A stretch of DNA of 64,000 nucleotides, taken from positions 64,001 through 128,000 of the IMG/VR virus record IMGVR_UViG_3300017716_001697; one strand, given 5' to 3'. The stretch's first letter is position 1. The number at the start of each line of letters is the position of its first letter. Below the pieces are notes generated by a model. The model saw only the letters and a list, made by a program, of their open reading frames with translations, was not told the origin of the DNA and made no database searches. Origin of the DNA: a virus. Lineage: Duplodnaviria; Caudoviricetes. This document shows, one piece after another, positions 20,151-29,690 of the stretch. The position numbers were made by a program, and so were the translations under genes.

Positions 20151-20700
20151 CGTAGAAGATTGGATCACCGGGTTCTATGAATTGAATCCTAATGCTGTAA
20201 GGCATGAGGCGCCGACGAAGGCAAAAAAGAAAGAAAGCACATTGTCGCTTTCATCTGAATTATCTGCAATGGATACGCGAGACAAAGACTTCTACGCTAA
20301 TCTAAGTGACGAACATAAGAAAGAAATTAGCCTCTGGGTGTTAATGCGTTATATGAGTTCTGCGCGTGGAGATGCCTATAATCATTTGACAACAGTGAAT
20401 GATTTGGTTAATGTTGATTTCAGCACAATAGCCAAACACCCTGAATTGCAATGGAAGTTATTAGCAATCTGTGGTACAAACAAGAAACAATTTCACGATT
20501 GGATACCACCGGGTAAGAAAGCAAAAAAGAATAAATTAGAAGAAGCATTAATAGGATTAAATTCGTTAATGAAAGATGATGAATTAGCCTTGTTTCAACG
20601 TATAAATACCCGCGAAGATTTTGAAGAATATTTTAGAGCGAATGCATTTGATGACAAAACAATTAATGAAATCTTCAAAACTGACTCAAAAGGAAAGTAG
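20143..20700 (+). CDS. clamp loader small subunit-like (T4 gp62-like)
   Basis: ISLWVLMRYMS...HPELQWKLL...FHDWIPP pattern; GGAG + TTG 20143. Confidence 0.55.
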   Translation: MSNVEDWITGFYELNPNAVRHEAPTKAKKKESTLSLSSELSAMDTRDKDFYANLSDEHKKEISLWVLMRYMSSARGDAYNHLTTVNDLVNVDFSTIAKHPELQWKLLAICGTNKKQFHDWIPPGKKAKKNKLEEALIGLNSLMKDDELALFQRINTREDFEEYFRANAFDDKTINEIFKTDSKGK

Positions 20701-21388
20701 TAAACCTGTGATACAGCAGTTTCAATGTAAATTCTGTAATATGAAATTCCATAAAGAGACTACGTTAGTGACGCATATGTGCGTCAAGAAGCGTCGTGAT
20801 ATGGAAATTAATACGCCAGCATCGAGGTTCGGTCACAGGACCTTTCAGCGTTTCTACGATTTAACAATGGCCAACAAGAAGCCTAAGACAACACAAGAAT
20901 TTATAGAGAGTCCATATTACATCGACTTTGTTAAATTCGGAAATCACTTGGCAAATCTTAGACCTGTGTATCCAGAGAAATTTATCGACTTCGTAATTAA
21001 GAACGGGGTTAAACTAAAAGACTGGACAAAGGATTTTGTATACGATATGTATATTGAGGATCTTATTAAGAAGGAACCTGCCGAGGCAGCAACTGCTCGC
21101 ACCATAGATGAAATAGTCGAATGGACCGAGGAAAATAAAGCATGTTTTAACGACTTTTTTGGCACTATTTCAGCGAATGAAGCAGCCCATATGATTAGGA
21201 CAGGTAAGATTAGTCCGTGGGTGTTATATCTGTGCGAATCTGGCGGAGAACTGATGGGAAAGTTTAATGCAGATCACGAAAGAATTATCGGTGGCGTTAT
21301 AGATCCCGGCTTCTGGATGAAGAAGTTTAAAAACAGTAAAGATGATGTGGACTATATAAGGTCTCTATTAGAGCAAGCAGGGTTATGA
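20666..21388 (+). CDS. hypothetical protein with N-terminal C2H2-like zinc finger
   Basis: FQCKFCNMKFHKETTLVTHMC; start uncertain. Confidence 0.6.
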   Translation: MKSSKLTQKESSKPVIQQFQCKFCNMKFHKETTLVTHMCVKKRRDMEINTPASRFGHRTFQRFYDLTMANKKPKTTQEFIESPYYIDFVKFGNHLANLRPVYPEKFIDFVIKNGVKLKDWTKDFVYDMYIEDLIKKEPAEAATARTIDEIVEWTEENKACFNDFFGTISANEAAHMIRTGKISPWVLYLCESGGELMGKFNADHERIIGGVIDPGFWMKKFKNSKDDVDYIRSLLEQAGL

Positions 21389-21642
21389 TTGTATTTCTGG
21401 AATTAGAGCCAATGTCTAAAACAGTTGAAGCAGCACTAGATGATGCCTATATTGCTGTGAATGAAGGTATATCGCATACATATGTTGATGGCAAATATCG
21501 AATTTTTACATTTTATGATACCGAAGATGAATTAGCCTTTACGCTAACTCACGGAAGCACATTTGTAGAATCGGAAATGTATGTGAATGGTGCCGCTGGC
21601 TTCTTTTTCTGCCCTTATATTCCATTATATCCTATAAAATGA
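21385..21642 (+). CDS. small hypothetical protein ending in a gp23-like FFCPYIPL motif
   Basis: 85-aa ORF, ATGA overlaps on both sides. Confidence 0.55.
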   Translation: MIVFLELEPMSKTVEAALDDAYIAVNEGISHTYVDGKYRIFTFYDTEDELAFTLTHGSTFVESEMYVNGAAGFFFCPYIPLYPIK

Positions 21643-22238
21643 AAATAATTACAACTGATGTAGATATCGACGTATTCGGTAGAGATAAGATCCTTCAGGG
21701 ACTAGAATGCGTCTATGGCCGAATCGACAGAGCTGACGATAAGTTTGAAAAACATCCTACAGGTATATACTTCCAAAATATCCCACGTGATCCTACTACT
21801 AACATATCTACATTAGATCATAGGATTGCATGCGAGTACGGTTATTTTAAGATTGACTTTCTTAATGTGAATATGTACGAAGGCATTAGGAGCGAAGAAC
21901 ACTTACTAGAATTACTGCATAAAGAACCACCGTGGGACTTTTTCCAGTACGAAGACATAACTGACCGATTATTTCATCTTAAGGGATACGGTCATTTATT
22001 GCAGAGACTAAAGCCCGAGTCAGTTGAGGATATCGCAATGATACTAGCAATGATCAGGCCAGCCAAATCTTATCTACAGAGTGCTAACTGGGACAAGATT
22101 CGAGTTGAGATATGGGATAAGAATTTAGACAGAACAGATTATCAATTCAAACGCCAGCATGCTATCTCATATAGTCTTGCTATTATTGTTAATCTTAACT
22201 TATTAATTGATCAATTACAGACTAGAGGCGACGAATAG
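21639..22238 (+). CDS. minimal DNA polymerase III alpha (DnaE) catalytic-core protein
   Basis: TDVDID, KHPTG, GYFKIDFL, LAMIRP, YQFKRQHAISY match the DnaE palm/finger motifs in order. Confidence 0.8.
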   Translation: MKIITTDVDIDVFGRDKILQGLECVYGRIDRADDKFEKHPTGIYFQNIPRDPTTNISTLDHRIACEYGYFKIDFLNVNMYEGIRSEEHLLELLHKEPPWDFFQYEDITDRLFHLKGYGHLLQRLKPESVEDIAMILAMIRPAKSYLQSANWDKIRVEIWDKNLDRTDYQFKRQHAISYSLAIIVNLNLLIDQLQTRGDE

Positions 22239-22257
22239 AGCTATGAATAGCTCTATT
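22234..22257. terminator. hairpin between convergent genes
   Basis: AATAGAGCTA / TAGCTCTATT. Confidence 0.65.
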
Positions 22258-22270
22258 GTGAATAGAAAAA

Positions 22271-22642
22271 TTAGTCCGCTTTTCTAATGAGTTGAATCTG
22301 ACGTTTCTTGATTCGTTTACGCATGATGTTGTTTAAGCTTGTCACAGACCCAAACATTATCTCTATGTCTTTGTTCACCACTGTCTTTAGACAGTAACGA
22401 AAATCTTGCATCTGTCCTTGAAGGAAAATATTAATAGGCAATATCCTATTACTTTCCCACCACCATGTCTCACCTAGGTGTAAGAATATCTTCTTTTCTG
22501 CAGGAGTGCGAATTGACTCGTAATCGTAGAAACTCATAATCTTATCATCGGAATTTTGAACTATGCCAATATATTCAGATGTTTGGCATCTAATCCCGCT
22601 AAGAAACGGGAATTTTTCTTTAATTTCGTGTAAATTTATCAT
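22271..22642 (-). CDS. hypothetical protein
   Basis: 123-aa ORF; TATAAATA 6 nt upstream on the minus strand; shared terminator at 22234. Confidence 0.7.
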   Translation of the reverse strand: MINLHEIKEKFPFLSGIRCQTSEYIGIVQNSDDKIMSFYDYESIRTPAEKKIFLHLGETWWWESNRILPINIFLQGQMQDFRYCLKTVVNKDIEIMFGSVTSLNNIMRKRIKKRQIQLIRKAD

Positions 22643-22724
22643 ACCAGTTATTTATACTGTTTATAACATACAAGAATTTTTTTTGATGTTATTAGTGATA
22701 AATATACTAAAAGGTGGGAAACAG

Positions 22725-23630
22725 ATGGACATTACTTTTCATAAAATGTATCTATACGAAAACGTTCGGCAGTTATTAGCCGTCGGTGACACCTTTTGCC
22801 CATGCAAGGACAACGGCCCAATGAATAAGAACACAATTAAAGCGCATAAAGGTATTGATAACAAAGTTATCTTCCGTGTATTAGGGCCAGACAGAATTCC
22901 ATTTGATGTTGGGTGTGGCCAACAGGTATATGCTCGTATTATGGATCCAGACAATAGACGTGTGGTCTTGGAACGTCTTTGCAAATTAGGTCCAGCAAAA
23001 GGTATTGTCACACTTAATTTAGACAGCGGTGACCTTGCAGAAATAGCTCCTGGTCTATACACAATGGTATTGATAAGAACAGAGAACTTCGTCTCATCAA
23101 CCACCTGTGCTGGTGGCAACGGATTACACGGTGATGCTATAGATTATTATATAGAGAAACCACTATACAGTGATATGAATGACAATGTCTCTATGCAAAT
23201 AGAAATTACTGAGCAGGCATTTAAATCTCCAATGAAGAGTATAGAGATGGGGATAAGGGATTGGACACCTGATATAAACATTGGTCAGTTTGGCCCACCA
23301 ACGCCATCGTTTTATACTGGTAGAATCCCTGGCGGCAGAATATTGAATCATATTAATTCTGTTCATTCATTCTCAACCTACACCAAAAATTTCACAGGTA
23401 TCTTACAGATATGGGGCAGTCTCGAAGAAGCACCGGACCCGTATTTGTCATCAACTAGATGGTTTAAGATATATCCTACTTCAATGTCACAAGATATTGA
23501 ATTTATTGGATACTCTGGGACACAGGCATGGACCTTCTCTGCAAACTTTATGTGGTTGAAATTTAGATATATCCCTTCTACCGCTGTGTTGGATCCGGGT
23601 ATAATGGAAAAGCTTATTGTCAGGGTGTAG
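22725..23630 (+). CDS. late hypothetical (probable virion) protein
   Basis: GATAAATA 22697, AAGGTGGG SD, ATG 22725. Confidence 0.65.
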   Translation: MDITFHKMYLYENVRQLLAVGDTFCPCKDNGPMNKNTIKAHKGIDNKVIFRVLGPDRIPFDVGCGQQVYARIMDPDNRRVVLERLCKLGPAKGIVTLNLDSGDLAEIAPGLYTMVLIRTENFVSSTTCAGGNGLHGDAIDYYIEKPLYSDMNDNVSMQIEITEQAFKSPMKSIEMGIRDWTPDINIGQFGPPTPSFYTGRIPGGRILNHINSVHSFSTYTKNFTGILQIWGSLEEAPDPYLSSTRWFKIYPTSMSQDIEFIGYSGTQAWTFSANFMWLKFRYIPSTAVLDPGIMEKLIVRV

Positions 23631-23649
23631 ATCCGGTGTCGAAACGCTG

Positions 23650-23678
23650 TTGACAAATTAATCGAAGATCATTATAAT
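23650..23678 (+). promoter_or_regulatory. consensus sigma70 promoter (primase)
   Basis: TTGACA-17-TATAAT; predicted +1 is the A of ATG 23685. Confidence 0.9.
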
Positions 23679-23684
23679 GCTATA

Positions 23685-24746
23685 ATGATCATAGATATTC
23701 TTAAGAATGCAATTCTTGCCAACGTAGGCCCGTTAAAACAGGCGCCTAAGAACTGGCATAAACGAAATTGCATGTTGTGTCACACCCAAGGACACAGTCA
23801 TGATACTCGTCACAGATTTGGCATTCAATTCAATCCTAGCTCTATCGCACTGAATTGCTTTAATTGCGGATTCTCTGCAGGATATACAGAGGGTAAGGAT
23901 TTATCGAAGTCGTTTAAGTTTTTCTTAAGGCAAATAAATTTAGACGCAGACTTCATAAAGCAATTAGAATTTGAAATATTTAAACAGAAAAACAATATAA
24001 CATCGATACGCGAAGGCGATACTGCGGTAGTCGATATCGAAGCAAAGTTTAAGACATTATTTAGTAAGTGGAAACAAGTTCCACTACCGGCTGATTCTAT
24101 GCCTATCACTGCCTGGTTGAAAGAGGGACTAGACGACCCCGACTTCCTACAAGTTGTGGAATATGCATTAGCAAGAAAGATATATGATTTAGATAACTTT
24201 TATTGGTCACCGATACACGAACACAATTTAAATCATAGGCTGATTATACCGTATCAATACAGAAACAAAATTGTGGGATTTACCGCAAGACTTTCATATG
24301 ACACAGACGGGAAAGAAATTCCGAAGTACTATCAACAGTCACCCACTGACTTTGTCTACAATCTGGACCATCAACAGGACTGGATGCGTAAATACGTGAT
24401 TGTAAACGAAGGCGTATTAGATGCATGGACTACCGATGGTGTCGGTACGCTGGGCGAAATTAATCAGTCGAAGATCGATGTTATAAATAGATTACAAAAA
24501 GATGTCATTGTTTGTCCCGACCGAGACAAGAAGGGTTGGGATTTAGTTAAAGCAGCAATTGACAATGACTGGGCAGTATCTTATCCTAAATGGGAATTTG
24601 GAATAAAAGATGCAGCCAAGGCAACAGAAAAATATGGTAGATTGCTTACTACACATTCCATTATCGCTTCAGCAGTAGCCGGTAGAGAACATATAGAATT
24701 AAAATGGAAAATAGAACAAGCAGAACGTTCAAGAAGGATACGATGA
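23685..24746 (+). CDS. DNA primase (T4 gp61-like)
   Basis: CMLC...HCFNC-type Zn finger (CMLCH...CFNCG), RLIIP, NEGVLDA and VCPDRD Toprim motifs. Confidence 0.88.
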   Translation: MIIDILKNAILANVGPLKQAPKNWHKRNCMLCHTQGHSHDTRHRFGIQFNPSSIALNCFNCGFSAGYTEGKDLSKSFKFFLRQINLDADFIKQLEFEIFKQKNNITSIREGDTAVVDIEAKFKTLFSKWKQVPLPADSMPITAWLKEGLDDPDFLQVVEYALARKIYDLDNFYWSPIHEHNLNHRLIIPYQYRNKIVGFTARLSYDTDGKEIPKYYQQSPTDFVYNLDHQQDWMRKYVIVNEGVLDAWTTDGVGTLGEINQSKIDVINRLQKDVIVCPDRDKKGWDLVKAAIDNDWAVSYPKWEFGIKDAAKATEKYGRLLTTHSIIASAVAGREHIELKWKIEQAERSRRIR

Positions 24747-26194
24747 TTAAAGAAGAAACAAACGCAAGCGAAATTGACGATTACAGCAAGGATATTGAGG
24801 ATCTGTTTATTAGCTTCATGATGAGTAAGCCAGATCTGTTTGTTCGTTGTAAGGGTATTTTGAAATCAGCATACTTCGATGATAAACAGAATAGAGACAC
24901 TATTGCATTTATCGAATCGTACAGTGTAGACTTTTCCGACATTCCCTCACTGCATCAAATTAGGGCCGTAACTCATAAGGATGTTATGATTATGGAAGTT
25001 GATGCTGAAAAGCACGACGATTGGTTTCTTAGAGAGTTTGAAAAGTTTTGTAGACATAAGGCATTGCGTGATGCTATTTTAGCTTCACCAGAATTATTAG
25101 ATGAGGGCAGATATGGCGAAGTTGAGTCAACCATTAAGGCGGCAGTACAAATCGCACTGGTCAAGGATCTCGGAACGGACTATTACGAAAATCCAAAATC
25201 TAGACTCGAGGCGATCAGGGAAGGTAAGGGTCAGTGTTCCACAGGTTGGAAAACCGTAGATGAAAAATTATACGGCGGCCTAAACAAGGGCGAAATAACA
25301 ATTTTTGCAGGTCAGTCTGGTGCAGGAAAATCTTTGTTCTTACAAAATCTTGCAGTAAACTGGGCAATGGCCGGATTAAATGTTGTGTATATTTCGTTAG
25401 AACTTAGCGAAAAGCTTTCAGCTATGCGTATTGACGCTATGCATACAGGATATGAAACACGTGAAGTTATGCGTAACATCGATGATGTGCATATGAAGAT
25501 TCGAGCATCGCAGATGAAGAGCAAAGGTAGTTTGCGAATAAAGCAATTGCCGAATGGATGTACATCAAACGATATCAGAGCATTCCTTAAAGAATACGAA
25601 ATTCAGAAGGGTGTTACTGTTGACGCAATTTTAATCGATTATTTGGATCTGATGATGCCAATGAGTAAGAAGATTTCTGCTGAAAACTTGTTCGTTAAGG
25701 ACAAATATGTAACAGAAGAATTGCGTAACTTAGCTGTTGAATTAGATATTGTTACTGTTTCAGCATCGCAGTTAAATCGTGGCTCGTATGAAGAAATTGA
25801 ATTTGATCCAAGTCACATTGCAGGTGGTATTTCTAAAGTGAATACAGCCGACAACGTTATTGGCATCTTCACAAGTGCAGCAATGAAAGAAGGCGGCCGT
25901 TACCAAATTCAATTCATGAAGACACGTTCAAGTTCGGGTGTAGGATCTAAGGTAGATTTAGCATTCAACAATAAGAGTTTGCGTATATCGGATCTCGACG
26001 AAGATGAAGATAATGCTGTTCAGGCAACATCAAAAGGCATCTACGAACAATTAAAGAAGAAGAGTGTTATTAGATCCGGTGAGAAACTAGATACGAACAC
26101 GGGCGAAGTCACAAGTATAACACCTAGACCGACGAATAAGGTGGATGCGATAGAGGGAGCCGCCAGTCTTCGAGCTTTTCTTAAGAAACGTTAA
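24743..26194 (+). CDS. replicative helicase (T4 gp41/DnaB-like)
   Basis: AGQSGAGKS, ISLELSE, LIDYLDLM, SASQLNR, KTRSSSG. Confidence 0.95.
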   Translation: MIKEETNASEIDDYSKDIEDLFISFMMSKPDLFVRCKGILKSAYFDDKQNRDTIAFIESYSVDFSDIPSLHQIRAVTHKDVMIMEVDAEKHDDWFLREFEKFCRHKALRDAILASPELLDEGRYGEVESTIKAAVQIALVKDLGTDYYENPKSRLEAIREGKGQCSTGWKTVDEKLYGGLNKGEITIFAGQSGAGKSLFLQNLAVNWAMAGLNVVYISLELSEKLSAMRIDAMHTGYETREVMRNIDDVHMKIRASQMKSKGSLRIKQLPNGCTSNDIRAFLKEYEIQKGVTVDAILIDYLDLMMPMSKKISAENLFVKDKYVTEELRNLAVELDIVTVSASQLNRGSYEEIEFDPSHIAGGISKVNTADNVIGIFTSAAMKEGGRYQIQFMKTRSSSGVGSKVDLAFNNKSLRISDLDEDEDNAVQATSKGIYEQLKKKSVIRSGEKLDTNTGEVTSITPRPTNKVDAIEGAASLRAFLKKR

Positions 26195-26230
26195 AAGTTG
26201 ATAAATAGTTGAATAACGGGAGATAGCGAA

Positions 26231-26515
26231 TTGTCCATTAATCGTAAGAGCCGATCCATTCTTGAGGAAATCAGTACATATGTTCCACAACGGAGCAAAG
26301 AAGATCTCATAGAAGCTAGGGCACAACATATTATAGTTTCTGCTATAAATCTACTTGAATCAATTGATGAAAGCTTTGACCCAGCTGCCGCAGAGATGCT
26401 GAAGAAACGCTTTGTTTCTAGCATCCGCGGCTCAGATCCCAATAGATTCACACGCATGGTAAAGCGTATTAAATTTGGTGACGATATTTTTGAGGCCAAT
26501 GATGGCGGCACCTGA
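26231..26515 (+). CDS. late hypothetical protein
   Basis: GATAAATA 26200, GGGAG SD, TTG start. Confidence 0.65.
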   Translation: MSINRKSRSILEEISTYVPQRSKEDLIEARAQHIIVSAINLLESIDESFDPAAAEMLKKRFVSSIRGSDPNRFTRMVKRIKFGDDIFEANDGGT

Positions 26516-27680
26516 ACTCACCAAGGGCTGGATACAATACCTTAAAAATAATCAGATTGTTGCTATGCAATCTGAACCATCCACCGGCAAATTAAAATAC
26601 AATCGAAAAGTAACGGCAGACGATGTAAGACACTTCTTGCAGAACAATACACAATTTGACAAGGCAGCTATAGATAAGGCACTGGCGTCAGTAAAACCGA
26701 AGACCACCTTACCTGCAACACAGCAACCTAATCAGCCAGCTGCCGGTACGCCACAACAAGGTCAACAGGCTAATCAGCCCGGACAACCACAACAGCCACC
26801 CAAGAAACAATACGACAATTCTGATGCACAGGACGTCGAGCCACGCTATGGCCCACGCCCGACATTACCTGCACCACGTAGACCAACACTGCCTGCACCA
26901 AAGCGCCCTGTAAAAGAAGCTCTAGTTGATGATTCGGGGCCAGAGATAAGCGAAGATGATGTAGAAGGTATATTCGATATGCTATCTGCTGGCGAAGCTA
27001 AACCCGAAGGTGAAGAAACTGCCCCGGCACCTGCACCAGATCGTCGAGGTGAAATTAATAAACTGAAGCGTGTTATCCGTGATCAGATGACTGAGGCACA
27101 GAGAAGATCACTTTGGGCCGCGTTAACTGATACAACAGACGCACCGCCCACACCTGAAACTGTTACTGAAAGTGAAGTAACAGGCCCAGAAATAAATGCA
27201 ATATTCAAATCGGCGGTCGAATTAAGAAATAAACCTAAATCTAAATGGGAATTTTTCAAGAAAGATAAACAACCTGTTAGCATAGAAGATTTAAAGCGCG
27301 AGTACGAAAAAGATAGACCTGATGATCTCCGAGACATACAACACATGTTAAAGAACATGGGATATGACGAGAAAGAAATAAACAAAGTCTTTAGCGATGT
27401 CTTTGGTGCAGACGATGAAGGAAGTCATAATACACCGTCAGCGAGCCCTACTATTCTCAAGATTGCGAAGTATGCAAAAGACAATAACATGGCTGAAGAG
27501 CTTGTTGCATTTATGCGTAAAGAATATCCAGAGGTATTTAGAGAGTCTGCACATCCTAGGAAAGTTATGATCAGGGACATAGAAAGGATCTTCAAAGGCA
27601 TCGTTAAAGAGAATCGCAACGGATTAATTAAGACAAACCAGGTTAACGAATATAACAGATTAGGTAGGAATAGAAAATGA
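26499..27680 (+). CDS. late hypothetical protein, Q/P-rich linkers
   Basis: GAGG SD; QQP and PTLPAP repeats. Confidence 0.65.
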   Translation: MMAAPELTKGWIQYLKNNQIVAMQSEPSTGKLKYNRKVTADDVRHFLQNNTQFDKAAIDKALASVKPKTTLPATQQPNQPAAGTPQQGQQANQPGQPQQPPKKQYDNSDAQDVEPRYGPRPTLPAPRRPTLPAPKRPVKEALVDDSGPEISEDDVEGIFDMLSAGEAKPEGEETAPAPAPDRRGEINKLKRVIRDQMTEAQRRSLWAALTDTTDAPPTPETVTESEVTGPEINAIFKSAVELRNKPKSKWEFFKKDKQPVSIEDLKREYEKDRPDDLRDIQHMLKNMGYDEKEINKVFSDVFGADDEGSHNTPSASPTILKIAKYAKDNNMAEELVAFMRKEYPEVFRESAHPRKVMIRDIERIFKGIVKENRNGLIKTNQVNEYNRLGRNRK

Positions 27681-27898
27681 GGATGGATGAAGTAGTCACA
27701 TTAAATGATGTGTTGAAAGCTGATCAGTACATAACTTTATTACGCAGGCTAAAATCTCATGCCAACAATGATATAAATGTAACACGTATCAAGAATCGTG
27801 TTATACAGTCATGGAAAAAAGGCATGAAGTCCCGTAAGCACTACGATGATCTTCTGGGATCAATTAATATAAACATAAATGACCTTATTAAGAAATAA
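27677..27898 (+). CDS. small hypothetical protein
   Basis: ATGA overlap with the upstream gene. Confidence 0.6.
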   Translation: MRMDEVVTLNDVLKADQYITLLRRLKSHANNDINVTRIKNRVIQSWKKGMKSRKHYDDLLGSINININDLIKK

Positions 27899-27921
27899 TA
27901 TAGTGGTTATTAACGGTAAAT

Positions 27922-27929
27922 GATAAATA
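27922..27929 (+). promoter_or_regulatory. late promoter motif GATAAATA
   Basis: Recurring intergenic motif; further copies are listed in findings. Confidence 0.75.
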
Positions 27930-27977
27930 AAGTTATGAATAGGACAATCCTATCACAAATTAAGGAGTAATTTTATT

Positions 27978-28559
27978 ATGACAACAAAAGTAAATGGCGC
28001 CGCATATCCAGGCGTGTGGGTTGAACGTAAAGTAGCGTTTGCCAAGATCGTTTTTAGCCAAGACATCTCTACAGTTGATGCAGCAGATTTAGTGGTACTT
28101 GGTACAGCTACACCAGCTGGTGCAGGTACTGTTGCTGATTCTACATTCGGCGTAGTTGAAAGCGCAGTTGTGCAGGCTCTTAAGACACTTGAAACAAAGG
28201 CAACAGTTCTTGCAGTAAGCAAGTATGATGCAGCTTCTTTCACAGTCGACGTAATGTTAGGTAGTTCCGAAGGTTGGTTCTCTGATGCCGCTGGTATCAT
28301 TGCTACAGGTCTTCCTGTTCTTAATGCTCAAGCAGTTGTTACAACTGCTGGTGCAGCACCAACAGCTACTCTTGGCGCTTTGGTCGGTGTTACTGCTTCG
28401 GCAATCACATTTGACATCAAGTTTGCAGCATTCAACGGTACAATGCCAGTCGGTACATTAGCTAATGGTACATTAGCAATGGGTCCTGGTGCTACTTCTG
28501 GTGCTACACCAACTAACAGCCCAACAGGCACACCTGGATACTATCCAGCACCTATCTAA
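27978..28559 (+). CDS. virion structural protein (MTTKVNG paralog 1)
   Basis: Late motif, AAGGAG SD, own terminator; A/T/G-rich. Confidence 0.6.
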   Translation: MTTKVNGAAYPGVWVERKVAFAKIVFSQDISTVDAADLVVLGTATPAGAGTVADSTFGVVESAVVQALKTLETKATVLAVSKYDAASFTVDVMLGSSEGWFSDAAGIIATGLPVLNAQAVVTTAGAAPTATLGALVGVTASAITFDIKFAAFNGTMPVGTLANGTLAMGPGATSGATPTNSPTGTPGYYPAPI

Positions 28560-28579
28560 TTTAAACATTAGGTTAAACG

Positions 28580-28604
28580 AAAGCACTCTTAGGGGTGCTT
28601 TTTT
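28580..28604 (+). terminator. intrinsic terminator
   Basis: AAAGCACTC / GGGTGCTTT + T run. Confidence 0.85.
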
Positions 28605-28660
28605 ATTGGCGGAAAGATTTGTTATATGATAAATACATGCAATTGTAGGAGATTACAAAA

Positions 28661-29173
28661 ATGACAACAAAGGTAAACGGCGGCATCATTAATGGACAAA
28701 CATTAACAGGAAGCCTTAGATATTTTAAAATGACAGGCCCATTTGCTTGGACTGTTTCGGACGGGTCGGTAAACTTACCAGTGTCCGTTTCGGGTGGTAA
28801 TATAACAGCCACTACATATTTCGAAGTGGGTAATGATAAGCCTGTTCCTAACAGTGCTGCTGAATTAGCAATGCGCGAATTATCTAAGCAATGTGACATC
28901 ACTATTATTTCTTGCCAACCTGCACTTTATGGTGCAACAACACAAATTCACTTTGCATGTTCTGCATCTGCGTTTGGATGGGGTGTGACACCTATCGGCG
29001 TACCAGAAGATCCACTTCTTGCAGCAGTAGAAATGCAGGCAGCAGTTAGATCTTTAGGCAACCAAACTGTTTATGTATCTGTTGGTGCAGCCAATCAGGC
29101 AACACCACCAGTAACAGCGGTGGCTAATATGAATGCGGTAGTGATTGCAGAAGTTCCGTTTAAATTAGCATAA
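28661..29173 (+). CDS. virion structural protein (MTTKVNG paralog 2)
   Basis: Late motif, AGGAG SD; same N-terminus as 27978. Confidence 0.6.
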   Translation: MTTKVNGGIINGQTLTGSLRYFKMTGPFAWTVSDGSVNLPVSVSGGNITATTYFEVGNDKPVPNSAAELAMRELSKQCDITIISCQPALYGATTQIHFACSASAFGWGVTPIGVPEDPLLAAVEMQAAVRSLGNQTVYVSVGAANQATPPVTAVANMNAVVIAEVPFKLA

Positions 29174-29189
29174 TATCCGAAGGATTAAC

Positions 29190-29690
29190 ATGCCAATTCA
29201 AATACATGGAGCAGCTAGTGCTATGCAGAATCTTACTGCTGATTTGCAGTATTATATCTGCTATGCATCTTCTCCGGGTGCATTCACTGATCCTAATCCA
29301 AATCCACCAGTTTCTCAAGAGCTTGCAAGGCTTGTGAACATACAGGTTACTGGGAATCCTTTAGACGAAAGTCAGAAGAATTTTGAAGTATTGCTGATGT
29401 CCATCGGTCTTAGAGCAATGCCAGTAACACTTGCTGATCCGGTGGCTGTAATTCAGCTAGCTGATTATACACTAGAATTATCGGGTGAAGGGTTTATCTG
29501 GAAGTTTGCTGTAGAACGCGGAGTACAGTTCTATAATTTCACACCCTACGGTGAACCAGGGCCAGTTGGTCTTCTAGTTGACGATTTAGATGGTGTGATA
29601 TTGCCTAGTGGCGTCAGAGTAACAACAGTCAATGGTAGTCCTACAGGGTGGGCTAAGAACATTGCATTTTCACGGACCGGATCTATATGA
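29190..29690 (+). CDS. virion structural protein
   Basis: AAGGA SD; LQYY motif loosely like the preceding paralog. Confidence 0.55.
   Translation: MPIQIHGAASAMQNLTADLQYYICYASSPGAFTDPNPNPPVSQELARLVNIQVTGNPLDESQKNFEVLLMSIGLRAMPVTLADPVAVIQLADYTLELSGEGFIWKFAVERGVQFYNFTPYGEPGPVGLLVDDLDGVILPSGVRVTTVNGSPTGWAKNIAFSRTGSI

Noticed and set aside
21639-22238. Calling the short dnaE a pseudogene
   Set aside because: No frameshift or stop remnants flank it, the catalytic motifs are intact, and its start is coupled to the upstream gene; kept as a CDS.
26700-26910. Repeat-like DNA (CAACAG/CCTGCACC runs)
   Set aside because: Explained by QQP and PTLPAP peptide linkers within a CDS; not an array.
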